This document shows, piece after piece, positions 49,701 through 61,700 of a stretch of DNA of 64,000 nt. The stretch spans positions 38,690,001-38,754,000 of the forward strand of contig NC_045697.1 of the NCBI RefSeq assembly GCF_009834535.1. Direction: 5' to 3'. The notes under the pieces were generated by a model. That model was not told where the DNA came from, did no database searches, and saw only the letters and a list, made by a program, of their open reading frames with translations. The DNA is from Camelus ferus (lineage: Eukaryota). The translations under genes were made by a program, and so were the position numbers. Position 1 is the first letter of the stretch. Each line of letters starts with the position of its first letter.

Positions 49701-52700
49701 GTCTTAGAAAACTTGCATGACCTCTTTGGCCTTACAATTTTGGCTGATTTTTCTTTGATCTACAAAAGTCAACAGTTTTAACATAATCAAATAGTTTATT
49801 TTCTAAGGCTTAGGAAGCCCTCCTTTCTCCAGGTCTGATTCATTTATAATGTCTTCTGGTTTTTCTGTGGTGGAACCAGCAGAATGTTTATTAGTGTATG
49901 GTAAAATGAAGAAGGGAAGAAAATGAATGTGCCTTTTCCACTGTTGGGCTCAACCTAATTCATGTAAGTGTCTAAGGACAAAGAATCCAGTCCCCTGTTA
50001 GGCAGCAGGTAGCCTGACCGAGTCTTGGCAAAGGACTCAAATACAAACTCTAAGAGGCTTCATGTTCTGGAAATTATAATCACCCTCAACCTCAGAATAC
50101 CGTTGGCCTACTGCCGCTTCCCTCAGTGATCAAGCTTCCACTCTATTTCCCTCCTGTTACTTTATACAAATGCACATTAGGAGTAATGATTTCAGAGTTT
50201 CAGTTTAAAATCTCCAGGGCATGAGGCCCTGCATACAATTTTGAGATTCATGCTAGGAATGATCAACTTCAGAAAAAAACAAAAATCCCTGGAAAGAGAA
50301 CTTTTCTTTTTTGCCCACACCTGTATTTTCAGCTCCAGAACCTTCTCAACAAACAAAAGTAGGCCCTAAAGCAGGTAACAGACTAGCAAACCCTACCTTT
50401 CCTTACTATTCTCATCATCAGGCTTGGGTGTTAAATTACCTGGGTATATCAGTGTCCTTCGTTCTTCTCTCTAAAGAGAATTCTTAATTAACTTCAGATT
50501 TTTATTTTCCATGTTTCTAACTAAACCCAAAACATTCCCGAACTGCAATTTAGCCTCAAATAATTATGAAACCTGACTTAAAATTTGACAATTTTTACTT
50601 TGATTTTAAATGAATGTTTATGTCTTTGAAATCATACCTAACATTTGATCTCCTAATGTAGAATATAATGCTATTTCTGCCACTCAGTAAAACAAAATTA
50701 GAAAAACATATGTGGAAATGATATAGGAGATCAAGGAGGGACGCCTTCATTTTTCAAGGCTGGTGTGGTTCTTTTAAATGACGTTCCTTGGTCCATTTAA
50801 GCAAAAGTTAGATTAATTTTTGTAAAGTTTAGTATGTATCAATCAACTAATTACATAAGATACATATAAACTCTTAGCTACTTGACCATATATGCCAATA
50901 AAGCAAGATTTTCTGATTATCTCATTGCAGGATTTCTCTTTTCACATTACTAGTATCACTTACACTGCTTGCTATGTTAAAGCACCTAAAATACAGATAT
51001 AAAGAAAATACCTCAAACTAACTACAATCATCTCTAGAAACTTATAAAATTGACAGACAATTCTAGTGGAAATTCAAAATGTCAATGGGAAGAAATTTGA
51101 TTTCTCTTCATATATATAAATATTTAAACTGTATTATATCACTTTATTACCAAATGTTTACCATAAATCCATAATCCTTCATGAGTATGATCAAATTCAG
51201 CTCAAAGTATTAGCATGATCAGTTACTAATCCAATTTTAATTTTCCTTGGTACTTATTTTTAAAATGACTTCTCTCTTTCCAGGCAAAATGTCAGTTACA
51301 TTAGCAGACAAAGAAGACATATCAGAAAATCCTTTACTTTTGGTTTCTCATATCAGACCAATGGAACTGGGTAGGTATAGTATGGTGGGCCAAAAATATA
51401 ATGAAATTGATCCAATTTCAAACTGGAAAGTAAGGCTGGTTTCAAATCTGAGAAAATGGATGATTTTTTCCTGATAGAAACACTTAGGATTAATTTATGT
51501 TTCCCTCTTTTTTACCAACCTATACTAAACAAAATCATTTCTAGAAGGGGAGGGTACAGCTCAGTGTAGAGTGCATGCCTAGCATGCATGAGGTCCTGGG
51601 TTCAATCCCCAGTACCTTAACTAACTAACTAACTCACTCCGATCACCTCTCCCCTACCCCTCCCTGCAAAAATAAAGGGGGGGGGGATGTATTGTACAAT
51701 ATGGGGAATATAGCCAATATTTTGTAATAACTGTAAATGGAAAGTAACCTTTAAAATTATATAAAAAATACAAAAAAATCATTTCTAAAACAAATGATTT
51801 CTTTAACAAAATGTAAATTGCCTGGAAATATTAGCCTTCAAATTTCTAATGTCTATTCCTTAAATATAGTTAAGGAATCTGACGGCCAAAATTACACATA
51901 GTGGGTGCTTAATATTTAATGAGCATGACTTTAGCATTCCTGGGGTCTAAGACAAACAGAATTTTACATTTGAAAGCAAATAATATCAAATCCATAATGA
52001 GGTCAAGGATGATTTTATTCGCCTGAAAAGTCAAAGTAAATACCCTTCTTGCTTCTAAATTCTTACTGAAGGCTAATCCAAGTAAGAAAAAACATTGAAA
52101 AGCATCTCAAAACAAAGATATTAAATACACCACAAAATAAAAACAACTTCCTACCTCAGGGAAAGGCTATAGTGTTTTTTAATGACTTACATTATAGATA
52201 AAGTCTGAACTACTGTTTTATTAAACATGAAATCTGAGAAAAGCAAGATAATATGGTTGTTAAATAACCAATATAATGTCAAATAATGTTACCATAAAAC
52301 GAGTTGCAAAACTGTGCCAGAGATCAAACACAAAGGCACTATGTTATATTAAAGGATTTATAACTAAGTGGAGATATCCTGCCTAAGACATGAAATTTCT
52401 GGCACATTTCCTTGCATTAAAGGAACATAATATTTCACTTAAAATGGCATTAGGTCTTTAACCAGTGAGACAATTTTTATTTTCACAAAGTAAAATATTT
52501 TCACACAGAGTAAGAAGCACCAATTATCAATGTGCCTCTTCCAAGCCCTTTACCCACAAGTAGTCTTGGCTCTCAACCGTGAACTGCATGCTAGAATCAC
52601 AATCTGGGGATGAAGGGTGAGGGCAGCAGTTTATAAAAGCTCCCCAGGAGGTTCTGATATGTAGCAAATGGAAACCATTAGATAAAGAAAAAGAATGCAA

Positions 52701-55700
52701 AGAAAATGAATTGCTCACACATACCACAAAAAAATTGTCTTCAATGAGCCATTTTCTTACATAATTTTATTGCTTTCTACAAGTAAATACTACAAAATTA
52801 CATATTCAACTTTGATCATATACTGACAGACACTCCACATACTGAAGGAGTGGGATGGAAGAGAAAGAAATGATGGAGAAGAAAGATGATCAAAATGTAA
52901 CTAATTAAAAACACAACTTTATTAAAGCCAGTCACTGTTATAATAAGGAATAGATTCAGGCTCTGTACTTCCATTTCCCAAATAGTTTGAGAAAAACTAA
53001 ACCATGATTTGTAGTCCATCTCCTATGGAGAAAATTACTTTCTTTACTAATCTTGCATCCCATTATTTATCTTGTGTGATGTAAGTACCCCATATATATA
53101 TATATATATATCTCTCTCTCTCTCTCCCTCCTCATCTGATCCAGGTAACTCTACACCAATAATGGAACCCCCAAATAATCCAACTTTTATTCCAACTGTA
53201 GCAAATGAAGGAGGAAAGCACTGGACTGTGCCAGAAGTCAGGGCTCTAATAGGCATCTGGTCTGACAGAGGCATACAACAACAACTAGAGAGAACAGTGA
53301 GAAATAAAAGGATATTTGAACAAATTGCTGCCAAGCTTCAGAAACTTGGAATCGACAGAGATTGGAAGCAGTGCAGGACAAAGTACAAAAACTTAAAACA
53401 TGAGTACAAGACTGTAAAAATGGCTCAAGACCTAGGCATGACCAGGAGTATGAAGTTTTTTACCGAGCTGGATTCTATTCTGGGACACAATAAAACAGAA
53501 AAATCACAAGGACAGAAATCCCAAGATGAAGAGCAAGCCACAGGATATGCCCACATGAAAGCAGAAGAGGACCAGCCAGGTAGGAAGGCAAAAAGAAAAG
53601 TAATCTTAACACTATGTAACCGTACAAAAAAAGCCAGTAACATGAATATAGTCTAAGTTACATGGATTTCATTAAAATCTGTTCAACAAGCTAATTATTC
53701 AGTTTATTATAAAACAGATTTCATATATATTTGATCTCCCCCAGATGGTGGAGAATAGTACAAAAATTACACAAAAGAAGGAAATAAAATTGGATTTCCA
53801 GAAGTTTAAAGAGACCAATTTTAATAAAGAAAAAATGCAACTCTAGATGGCAGAACTTAAAGCAAGTTTTCATATCAAATGTGATAAATTGTGAGTAAGC
53901 AGAAAAAGGGCACTGAAAAACTTACAAAAATACAAAGCCTTTGAAGTTTAAGTTCTGGGACCCTTCAGAAAGTTCTTTAAAACGAGTTTAACCCAAAGGA
54001 TTGAGATACAATTAACACAAAGACGTTACAGCATGAAATAAACTGAGTTCTAAACCAGGAGTCAGGAAATCCAAGTTCTAACTCAGACTCTGTGGAACTT
54101 TAAACCGTCTCCTCTAGACCTGACTCTGTAAAATGGGGGACTGGACAAGATATTCTTAAAGGCCTGCACTACCCATGATGTTTCTAGATCTTCACGTCCA
54201 CCTTAAATGATGCAGTCCTAGTAAGAGTATGCATCTAGGAAAAACAGGGAAATGATAGAGTTAGGATTGGGAATAGTGGAGAGAAGTCCTAACATGTGTT
54301 ACTGGTTGACAAGAAAGAAACTGGCCTACTGGGGAACCAGACATCTCCCCCACTAAAATTAAAATCTAAAACGACTAGCAATAAAGCAGCCCAACAGCAG
54401 TGGCATGATTATGTTCACACAGTCATTGCTGGAGGTTCAGCTGACGATGACCCCACCGGTTATGTCAGAAGACCTAGTTAGGGACTTACAACACCAGATA
54501 TTTATAGTGACCCAAGACTAAAAGATGTTTAAGGGTGGGGAACCTAAACTACAGAAAAGCAAACAACCAGTCTTTAGTGTTAGATTCACTCTAAAAGGGA
54601 AAATAATACATTAGAGTTTAAAACTCAGTTCTGAAAGTGAGTAAGAAACAAACCACCATGCCTCCTACCATGTTCACACAGTCATTGCTGGAGATGCAGC
54701 TGAAGATGACTTGGTCAGTAATACGCCAGTAGACCTAAGAGAGACAGATAGGAAACAAAGCCCTGGCACAGGTAAAAAAAATACTCTTTGTTGTTTTTGT
54801 GTGTGACAAAATACGATTATAAGATGTTGCTACAGACTGAACTGTGTCAACCTGAAATTCATGTTAAACCCCTAACCTCTACTGTAATGGCATTTGGAGA
54901 TGGGGCTTTTAGGAAACAATTGAGTTTAGAAGAGGTCATAAAGGTAGCCTTTAAAATATTACATATTATGTATATTATACTATAGCTACAATATCTAGGA
55001 TGGTATTAAGTTGTAAGAATATATACAAGAATAGAATGTTACAACATTATGTGAAGGATCGTTGGATGATACATTTCCAAAATACAGAAATGGAAGGTGG
55101 AAATTATTAACAACAGTAAAGTTGCCTATATCTGATCAGGATTATCTGGGAACTTACTCAAAATGTAAATTCTTGGGCCCCATCGAGAATCAGAAACTCG
55201 GGTTGGGGCCCAGCAATCTGTCAAGTTCTTCAGGTGATTCTGATACATGCTCAAGTTTGAGAACGACAGCCCTGTGGCACAGGGTACTAAAGTGATGGAC
55301 TGTTTCCAATCTGATGGTTTGTCTTTTACACAAACCAAAATTGGGGGAAGAGGGGATCACTGAGCCCCGAAGCAGAAGCCTTGCAGTCAGAGACCTAGCA
55401 CACAGTCTTTGAGTTCAAAGCTGCATACAGCCTTGTAAAGTATAAAGACCAATGCTGATTAAAATAATCAGGCAATCAAATTCCTCACACTCTTGGCAAA
55501 CTTCAGATTAAAAGCTTAATGGGAGAAGGGAAAGCTAGAACACTGATAGGTGAAAATAAAGAGAAATTACGGAGACTAACTTGATAGGCTAACTAACCTG
55601 CAGATGACTAGGGGCATGACAACAAATGTAAACAAAGCTCTGTGCTCTTAGATTTCTTAAGGTATCATCACAATGACCTGTGTCATTAAGAGTTAAAATC

Positions 55701-58700
55701 AGATTACTACATATAATGTTTAATCAGATAGAAAGATTTCCATGGAAAAAGTTAAAAAACTTTAGCATTCAGAAGATTTTAGCTTATTAGTCCTCTGGAA
55801 AACTCACTAAAGTACTACACCTCTTTATACTTTTCTATATGTAAAAGGAAAATATTAAGCCAGATGTAAACGGGTAGGTTTTAAAAAAAACTGCTTGGTA
55901 TGTTTACACATTAGTATGGAATATATTTAGAAAATATGAAACAGGATATATTTACAGTTCTTCTAGAAATTATGTTATTTTAAACTTTAAAATGAAAATA
56001 AACCAAGAAAGGTATTAACCCACATGGATCCCTGCAGCTAAGTACATGAAAAAAATTTAAATAGCAAGTAATTTTAGGCACACTTGCAATATATACCTCT
56101 TGATGCTCAAATCACCACTCCACTATTTAGAAGATTGTTCTGTTGAGGTTAAAGACATGGATTTTTTTTTTTTAAAGACATGGATATTTATCTTTAGGAA
56201 AAATACTGTCAGACATGCTATTGCTCCATATTGTTAACCTTGACACTTGGTCCTAAAACTGATCTCCCAAAAGCAGTATCTTTCCTATCTTAAACATACG
56301 CCACAAGCATTTTCTTCTTTCAAATAAAAATCCATTTGAGCCGTGGACCCTTGTATTCTGGTTCCCAACTTAGAACTCCTGGAGATTTTGGTTTAGTATA
56401 TGTTGTAGAGTGGGTTCAGGCATTTGCAGTTTGGGAGAAGATCGCCAAGCATAGGCGGGTTGTCATGTTTAGAGAATAAGACCAGCAGAGGTCTGAAGAG
56501 AGTACTACATATTTGAGTCCATTTAGAGGAGAAAATTAGCTAATTCTGAAAAATTGCTTAAAGGATGAATGACCATTGCAATAAAGAAGATAATCACTGG
56601 GAAGAATCATAGAACTCTTAGGCTATGCCTATTACTTACACATTTCAGTAAAAAGAAATGGCCCATGAAAACTGAATAACTACTTCTTTGGATGTAAAAT
56701 AATTAATTTTTCTCCCTTTCTGAGGCAAAGGCAAAAGAGGATAAAAGGAATCAGAAAGTTACCAGAGGATAACGGACTGTCGCCTAGAGAGAAATCTGTG
56801 ATGCACAATCTTATCAGCTACGTGTCTTTTCTGAGTAGGAGAAACTAAACTGCCTTAATTCATCTCCAACACCAGCTGTTATTTAAATGAGGTGGAATTT
56901 CTCAGTACCTCGGTTATTGCAAGTCACTGCTTTCTAGTACAGGACAGTCAGAGGCTCAGAGGGGTGGAGACAGGCACATATATCTTACTGGAGGCCACGC
57001 TTATCATCAGCCTAAAAATTACAAGTGAAAGACTACATTGTTCTTTTAAGGATAATGTTAAAACTATTTTCCTTTTGGCTATAGTAAATTGTGTTTCCAA
57101 AATTAAAAGATACACTATCCTGGCAATTTAACAAAAATTAGCAATGTGATGGCCAGCAGAGGGCATTAAAGTATCTATTGTTAGTATCTAAGAAGGTATG
57201 CCAGGCATTTTGTGTTCTCCAATTCATAGACGGAAGATAGAAAGTTTTCTTTAAAGTGGAGTATTTAATAAACACTTCTGTATATTTTGCAAACAATTTG
57301 GATAATCTTCACAGTAAAGTTATTAGACAAACTAATGTAGTCAAATGAAACACAATGTTAGAACTTTTAAAAATATTATAAATTAAGAAAAGCTCAGACA
57401 TAGGTATGCAGATAAATTTAAATATAGGCAACTTGTTAATTTATTCTAATGAGGTGATTCAAGGTGGGTTTCTAGATAGCTTCAGGATGGTCACCAGAAA
57501 AACCACTCTTGTGATTAGAGCTGGAATTTGGGGTCAGCCTGATCTCCAGCAGGGGAGTGAGTTTGGAGACTGAGTTCAATCATGTGGCCAATGATTTAAC
57601 TAATCATGCCATAATCGATCATGTCGATAAAAACTCTGGCTCAGAGGAGTTTCCTGGTTGAACACATTGATGTGCTGGGAGGGTGACACACCCTGCACCT
57701 GAGACCCTCCTAGACCTTGCCCTAGGCATCTCTTCATTTGGCAGTTTCTGAGTTCTGTCTTTTACAATGAAACTGTAATCCTAAATACAGCACTTTCTTA
57801 AATTCTATGAGTTGTTCTGGCAAATTATCAAACCTGAGAAAGTCATGGCCCCTCCTGAATTTGAAGCCAGTCAGCCCTTAAAGCTTCGAAAGCTTCGGAA
57901 TCTGATGTTAACTCTGGGTTAGTGTCAGATTGAATTGCTGTGCACAAAGTTGGGGTGGAAACATAAGAGACTAAAAGCTCCTCTTTCCTTAAAAGCTACT
58001 AAATTTAGGGATTTCTGCCCCCTCCTACGACATCTTATTTTCCAGGACTAATTACTCAAAATTTCTACATAATACCTAATATCTCCCTAAATGTTCCTAT
58101 TTCCCAGAAGTAGGGCATGTGCCTGAGCCTAAGAAGTGACAGTTTTAGTCACTTAAGTAAAATGTTACAAACTCATATTTTGCTGAAATGAGATTTGAGT
58201 TTAAAGTTTACCTTGGACTTGTCCTCTCTAAAAAGTAGCCAGCAGGACAAGGGTTTGGGAGGGGTTTGGGCACAGAAGGAGGTGGTGGGTGTAGTTATAA
58301 AAGGGCAACCAGAGGGATCCTTATGATGTTGGAACTGTTGAGTATCTTGACCTTGATGGTAAAGACACATAGCACGGGGTGGATATAGCTCAGTGGTAGA
58401 GCACATGCTTAGCATGCATGAGATCCTGTGTTCAATCCCCAGTACCTCCATTAAAAAAAAAAAAAAGACACATAACTACACAAGTGACAAAATTATTACA
58501 GAACTTAATACACACATGCAAGCACACACACACATGTTCACAAAAGAGTACAAGGAAGCCTGGGGAAATCTGAATCAGAGTGGTGGATTGTACCAATTCC
58601 AGTATCCTTGATTTAATAGTATACATGGTTTTATAAAATGTTACCATCGGAAAAAACTAGGCAAAGTGTAGAAAGGATATCTATTATTTCTTACAACTGC

Positions 58701-61700
58701 ATGTGAAATCTACACTTATCTCAATAAAACTTTCAATAAAAAAAAAAAGTAGCTTGTTAGGTGGCTCCAGAATACAACCTGTCATTTGAGATCTTGACAT
58801 TGCTAGGGGGCTAAACTTCAGCCTAGTCTCATGGTCCAAACACGTCCTCAATAAGAAGATCTGGTCCTATCTTGACGTAAATCTCCACACTCATTGCTGC
58901 ATATGCTTACTGCCCTCTAACCACCTTTTGCTTCACACGTCTATTAGTACAAACCATTGTCTAATTTTACAACAATCATTACAGGCAACTGCGTAGACAC
59001 CTATATTTAGTAACAGGATTTTTTTTTAGAAGTCCCAGTGTATAGGAAAGTACAGCTGAGATAAAAGAAGACTGTCACAGCACTGCTATACTTCAACACA
59101 GCAATCCAACATATGCATAAGAGGAGGTGCTTTCCCCAAATTACAGACAGCTGACATTCTATTCATATACTGCTCCACTAGAATAAAGCACTGTTATATT
59201 TGCCAGGTTAGCCATTTTAAGTTCCTTAAAATGTTTATCATCTGTCTGCTGTTAACATCTCAATGTGAAAACTGCTCAGACCATTTAATCTCAGGGTCTT
59301 TTATTCCTTTGTATGTATTGCAGTAATTAGTTACAATGGGGATCAAATGAAAAAGGAGTTCTAAGAGCTCTCTGTCAAGCATTAAAATGTAACAATGAAA
59401 GATGTTACCAAAATGGGTCACAAAGTACTTTCATACTCCCAAATAGAGCATATGGTCTCATCACTTTAATGGCAGAGTACTTCCAATATTTTGGTTGGTA
59501 GTGAATCCTACAATGCCATTTAAAATCTGGTTCGAGATGGCAAATGTTCTTGGCTTTGAGGTTACAGTTTTGATCTTGGGATCCAGTCTTACTACTTTTT
59601 TCAGCATAATCTTCAATCACAAAAGTAGGTTAGGCTTCTATGAACAACAAATTTAAATTGATTTTCTCTTTGTTTTTTGACAGAGGAAGACACTGTAAGT
59701 ACTGCCTCAGAAGAGGCAGGCGGCCCCATAGCACCACAGAGTATCACTGGGTCAGGTAACGGGTCTAAATTGTTCTATTTTTAATGCTCTGGTGATGTTT
59801 AAAGTCTAACATACACCAGTATAAATAGTTATAGGAAAGATCTCTATTATGTATTATCCCAAATGCCTCATTATAACTGAGTTGGTAGAGAATGTGGTAG
59901 GGGAGGAAAGAAACTGTCTATTTCTATTTCTTATAAAAAAAAAAAAATTTAGTAAATACCAAGACTCTGTATTCATAAATATCCAGTGCAGAGTACATAT
60001 TAATAAAAAGCAGCTAAACTATTCCCACTAATACTGGGGACTAGTCTGCCTTACAGTTTAAATACATATTTATTTTATTTGAATATGAATGTATGGGAAA
60101 AAATTTGACCCTCATATTGAAATGATTGTAATTCTCAGTGCTTTACGTCAGTTCAGGTTGTTTTAATGAATGATGTTCAAATACCTCTAAGATGCATTTC
60201 TAAGTCTAAATAATCTCTAAGATGTATCTCTAAATCTGAATAATTGTAAATAACGTTGGTTTACAGGTAGTCATATTCCTTTAGAAGATGCTAAAAGTCG
60301 TTTACAGATTATAACAGTGAGTGACACAGAGGCTGGAAGACACTGGTGTGACAATGAGGTCAGAGCACTCATACACATATGGTCTGATGAAAAAATTAAG
60401 CAAATGCTTGAAGGGGCCACAAGAAACAGACAAATATTTGAGGAAATTGCCAGAAGATTAATGCAGTTTGGAATAGACAGAGACTGGAAACAATGTCGTA
60501 CCAAATACAAAAATTTAAAATATGAGTACAGAGTTTTACAAAAGAAAAACGGCAACCCTCAAGGAAAAATGAGATTTTATGAAGAAGTTGATGGCCTCCT
60601 AAGACGATCATCTCTCAGAACTACCAAATGGAAACATGGTAACTCTGGAATTAACCTTTTTAAATAAAAATTCTATGAACTTCTCTCTTTGCATTTAACT
60701 TAGCAAGAAATTCTTCAATAATAAATTCCTAACACTATTTTATGTTCAAATGATCCCCCAAATTATTATAAATCACATAGCTAATACAATCAAGAATTTC
60801 AATTTCTTTTCAAACCTTGTACCAAAATATTCCTAACTCTTAAACTCATTTTTCATCTGTCCAATTGCTTAAGTGTTCTAACTTTAGTGTACTTGAATGC
60901 TCGAAGACTAATGTATTTTAGATGATGTCATATAATGATTCCTATGTTCTTTTATTTAAGAATTATTTGAAGGTCATACCAAAAACTCAAGAACTTTGAG
61001 CATCAAAAGAAAAGCACATGAAGATGGTAAGAGTCTGAGAAATGCCAAGTTTTTCCATATTGAGAAAAATTTCTGTAGCTTTTTCCTGATAACAGAGACG
61101 TTTATTGCTGTCCTTGACAAATTAGACTTTACTGTTTATGAGCTGTGTGAAAGCCAAAAATGCTGAAAAATGATTTCTTCCCTAGTTCATTAAGATTGAA
61201 AAGTAACAAAGTAAATGGAAACTTTCCCAGATCAGAAATTTCTGCACAACTATCCATTTATCATGAGCCTTTAAATTACACTTTTCAGAGACTGCTATCA
61301 GAAGACTAGGATGTAAAAGGAAAAATCCCCACAAGCTAGTAAGTTCTGAATTTGGTTTTCTCCAAAGGTAGTTAGCAATGGGTGTAACATTTTAATAATT
61401 CTAGAAATAAGCCAAACTCAGAAGCCAACTAATTATGTGAGCTGAAATTCTCAACTGACCCATTATAAGCATCAGAAAAGGTAATATAATGTAGCATAAA
61501 GAAAAATGTAGAATATAAGAAAAAGCACTCAACTCAGTAATCAGAAAACCTGAGTTCTAGTCTCTCACTGACCCAAAAAACTCAACACGCAGCATCTTGA
61601 CTGCATCTCTCTGGACCTCTAAGATAATCCAACTTTAGCATTTTATAGATCTATAATATAATTTATCGAATTGTTTTGTATTCACATCAATAGTTGAAGA

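Noticed and set aside
56701..56830. Possible extra plus-strand exon of the nested gene
   Set aside because: It has a pyrimidine tract, but the phase-1 reading hits TAA within a few codons and no good donor is present.
58376..58450. tRNA-Ala(AGC) gene
   Set aside because: It has a poly-A tail, an 11-bp TSD, stem mismatches and five sibling copies in the window, so it is a SINE and not a tRNA gene.
60185..60244. 2 x 30-bp tandem repeat upstream of nested exon 6
   Set aside because: Short AT-rich local duplication with 4 mismatches; no evidence of function.
46449..60555. Repeated minus-strand ORFs containing 'RHCFQSL' (46449-46703, 60271-60555)
   Set aside because: They are antisense shadows of the conserved RDWKQCR codons of the plus-strand gene.
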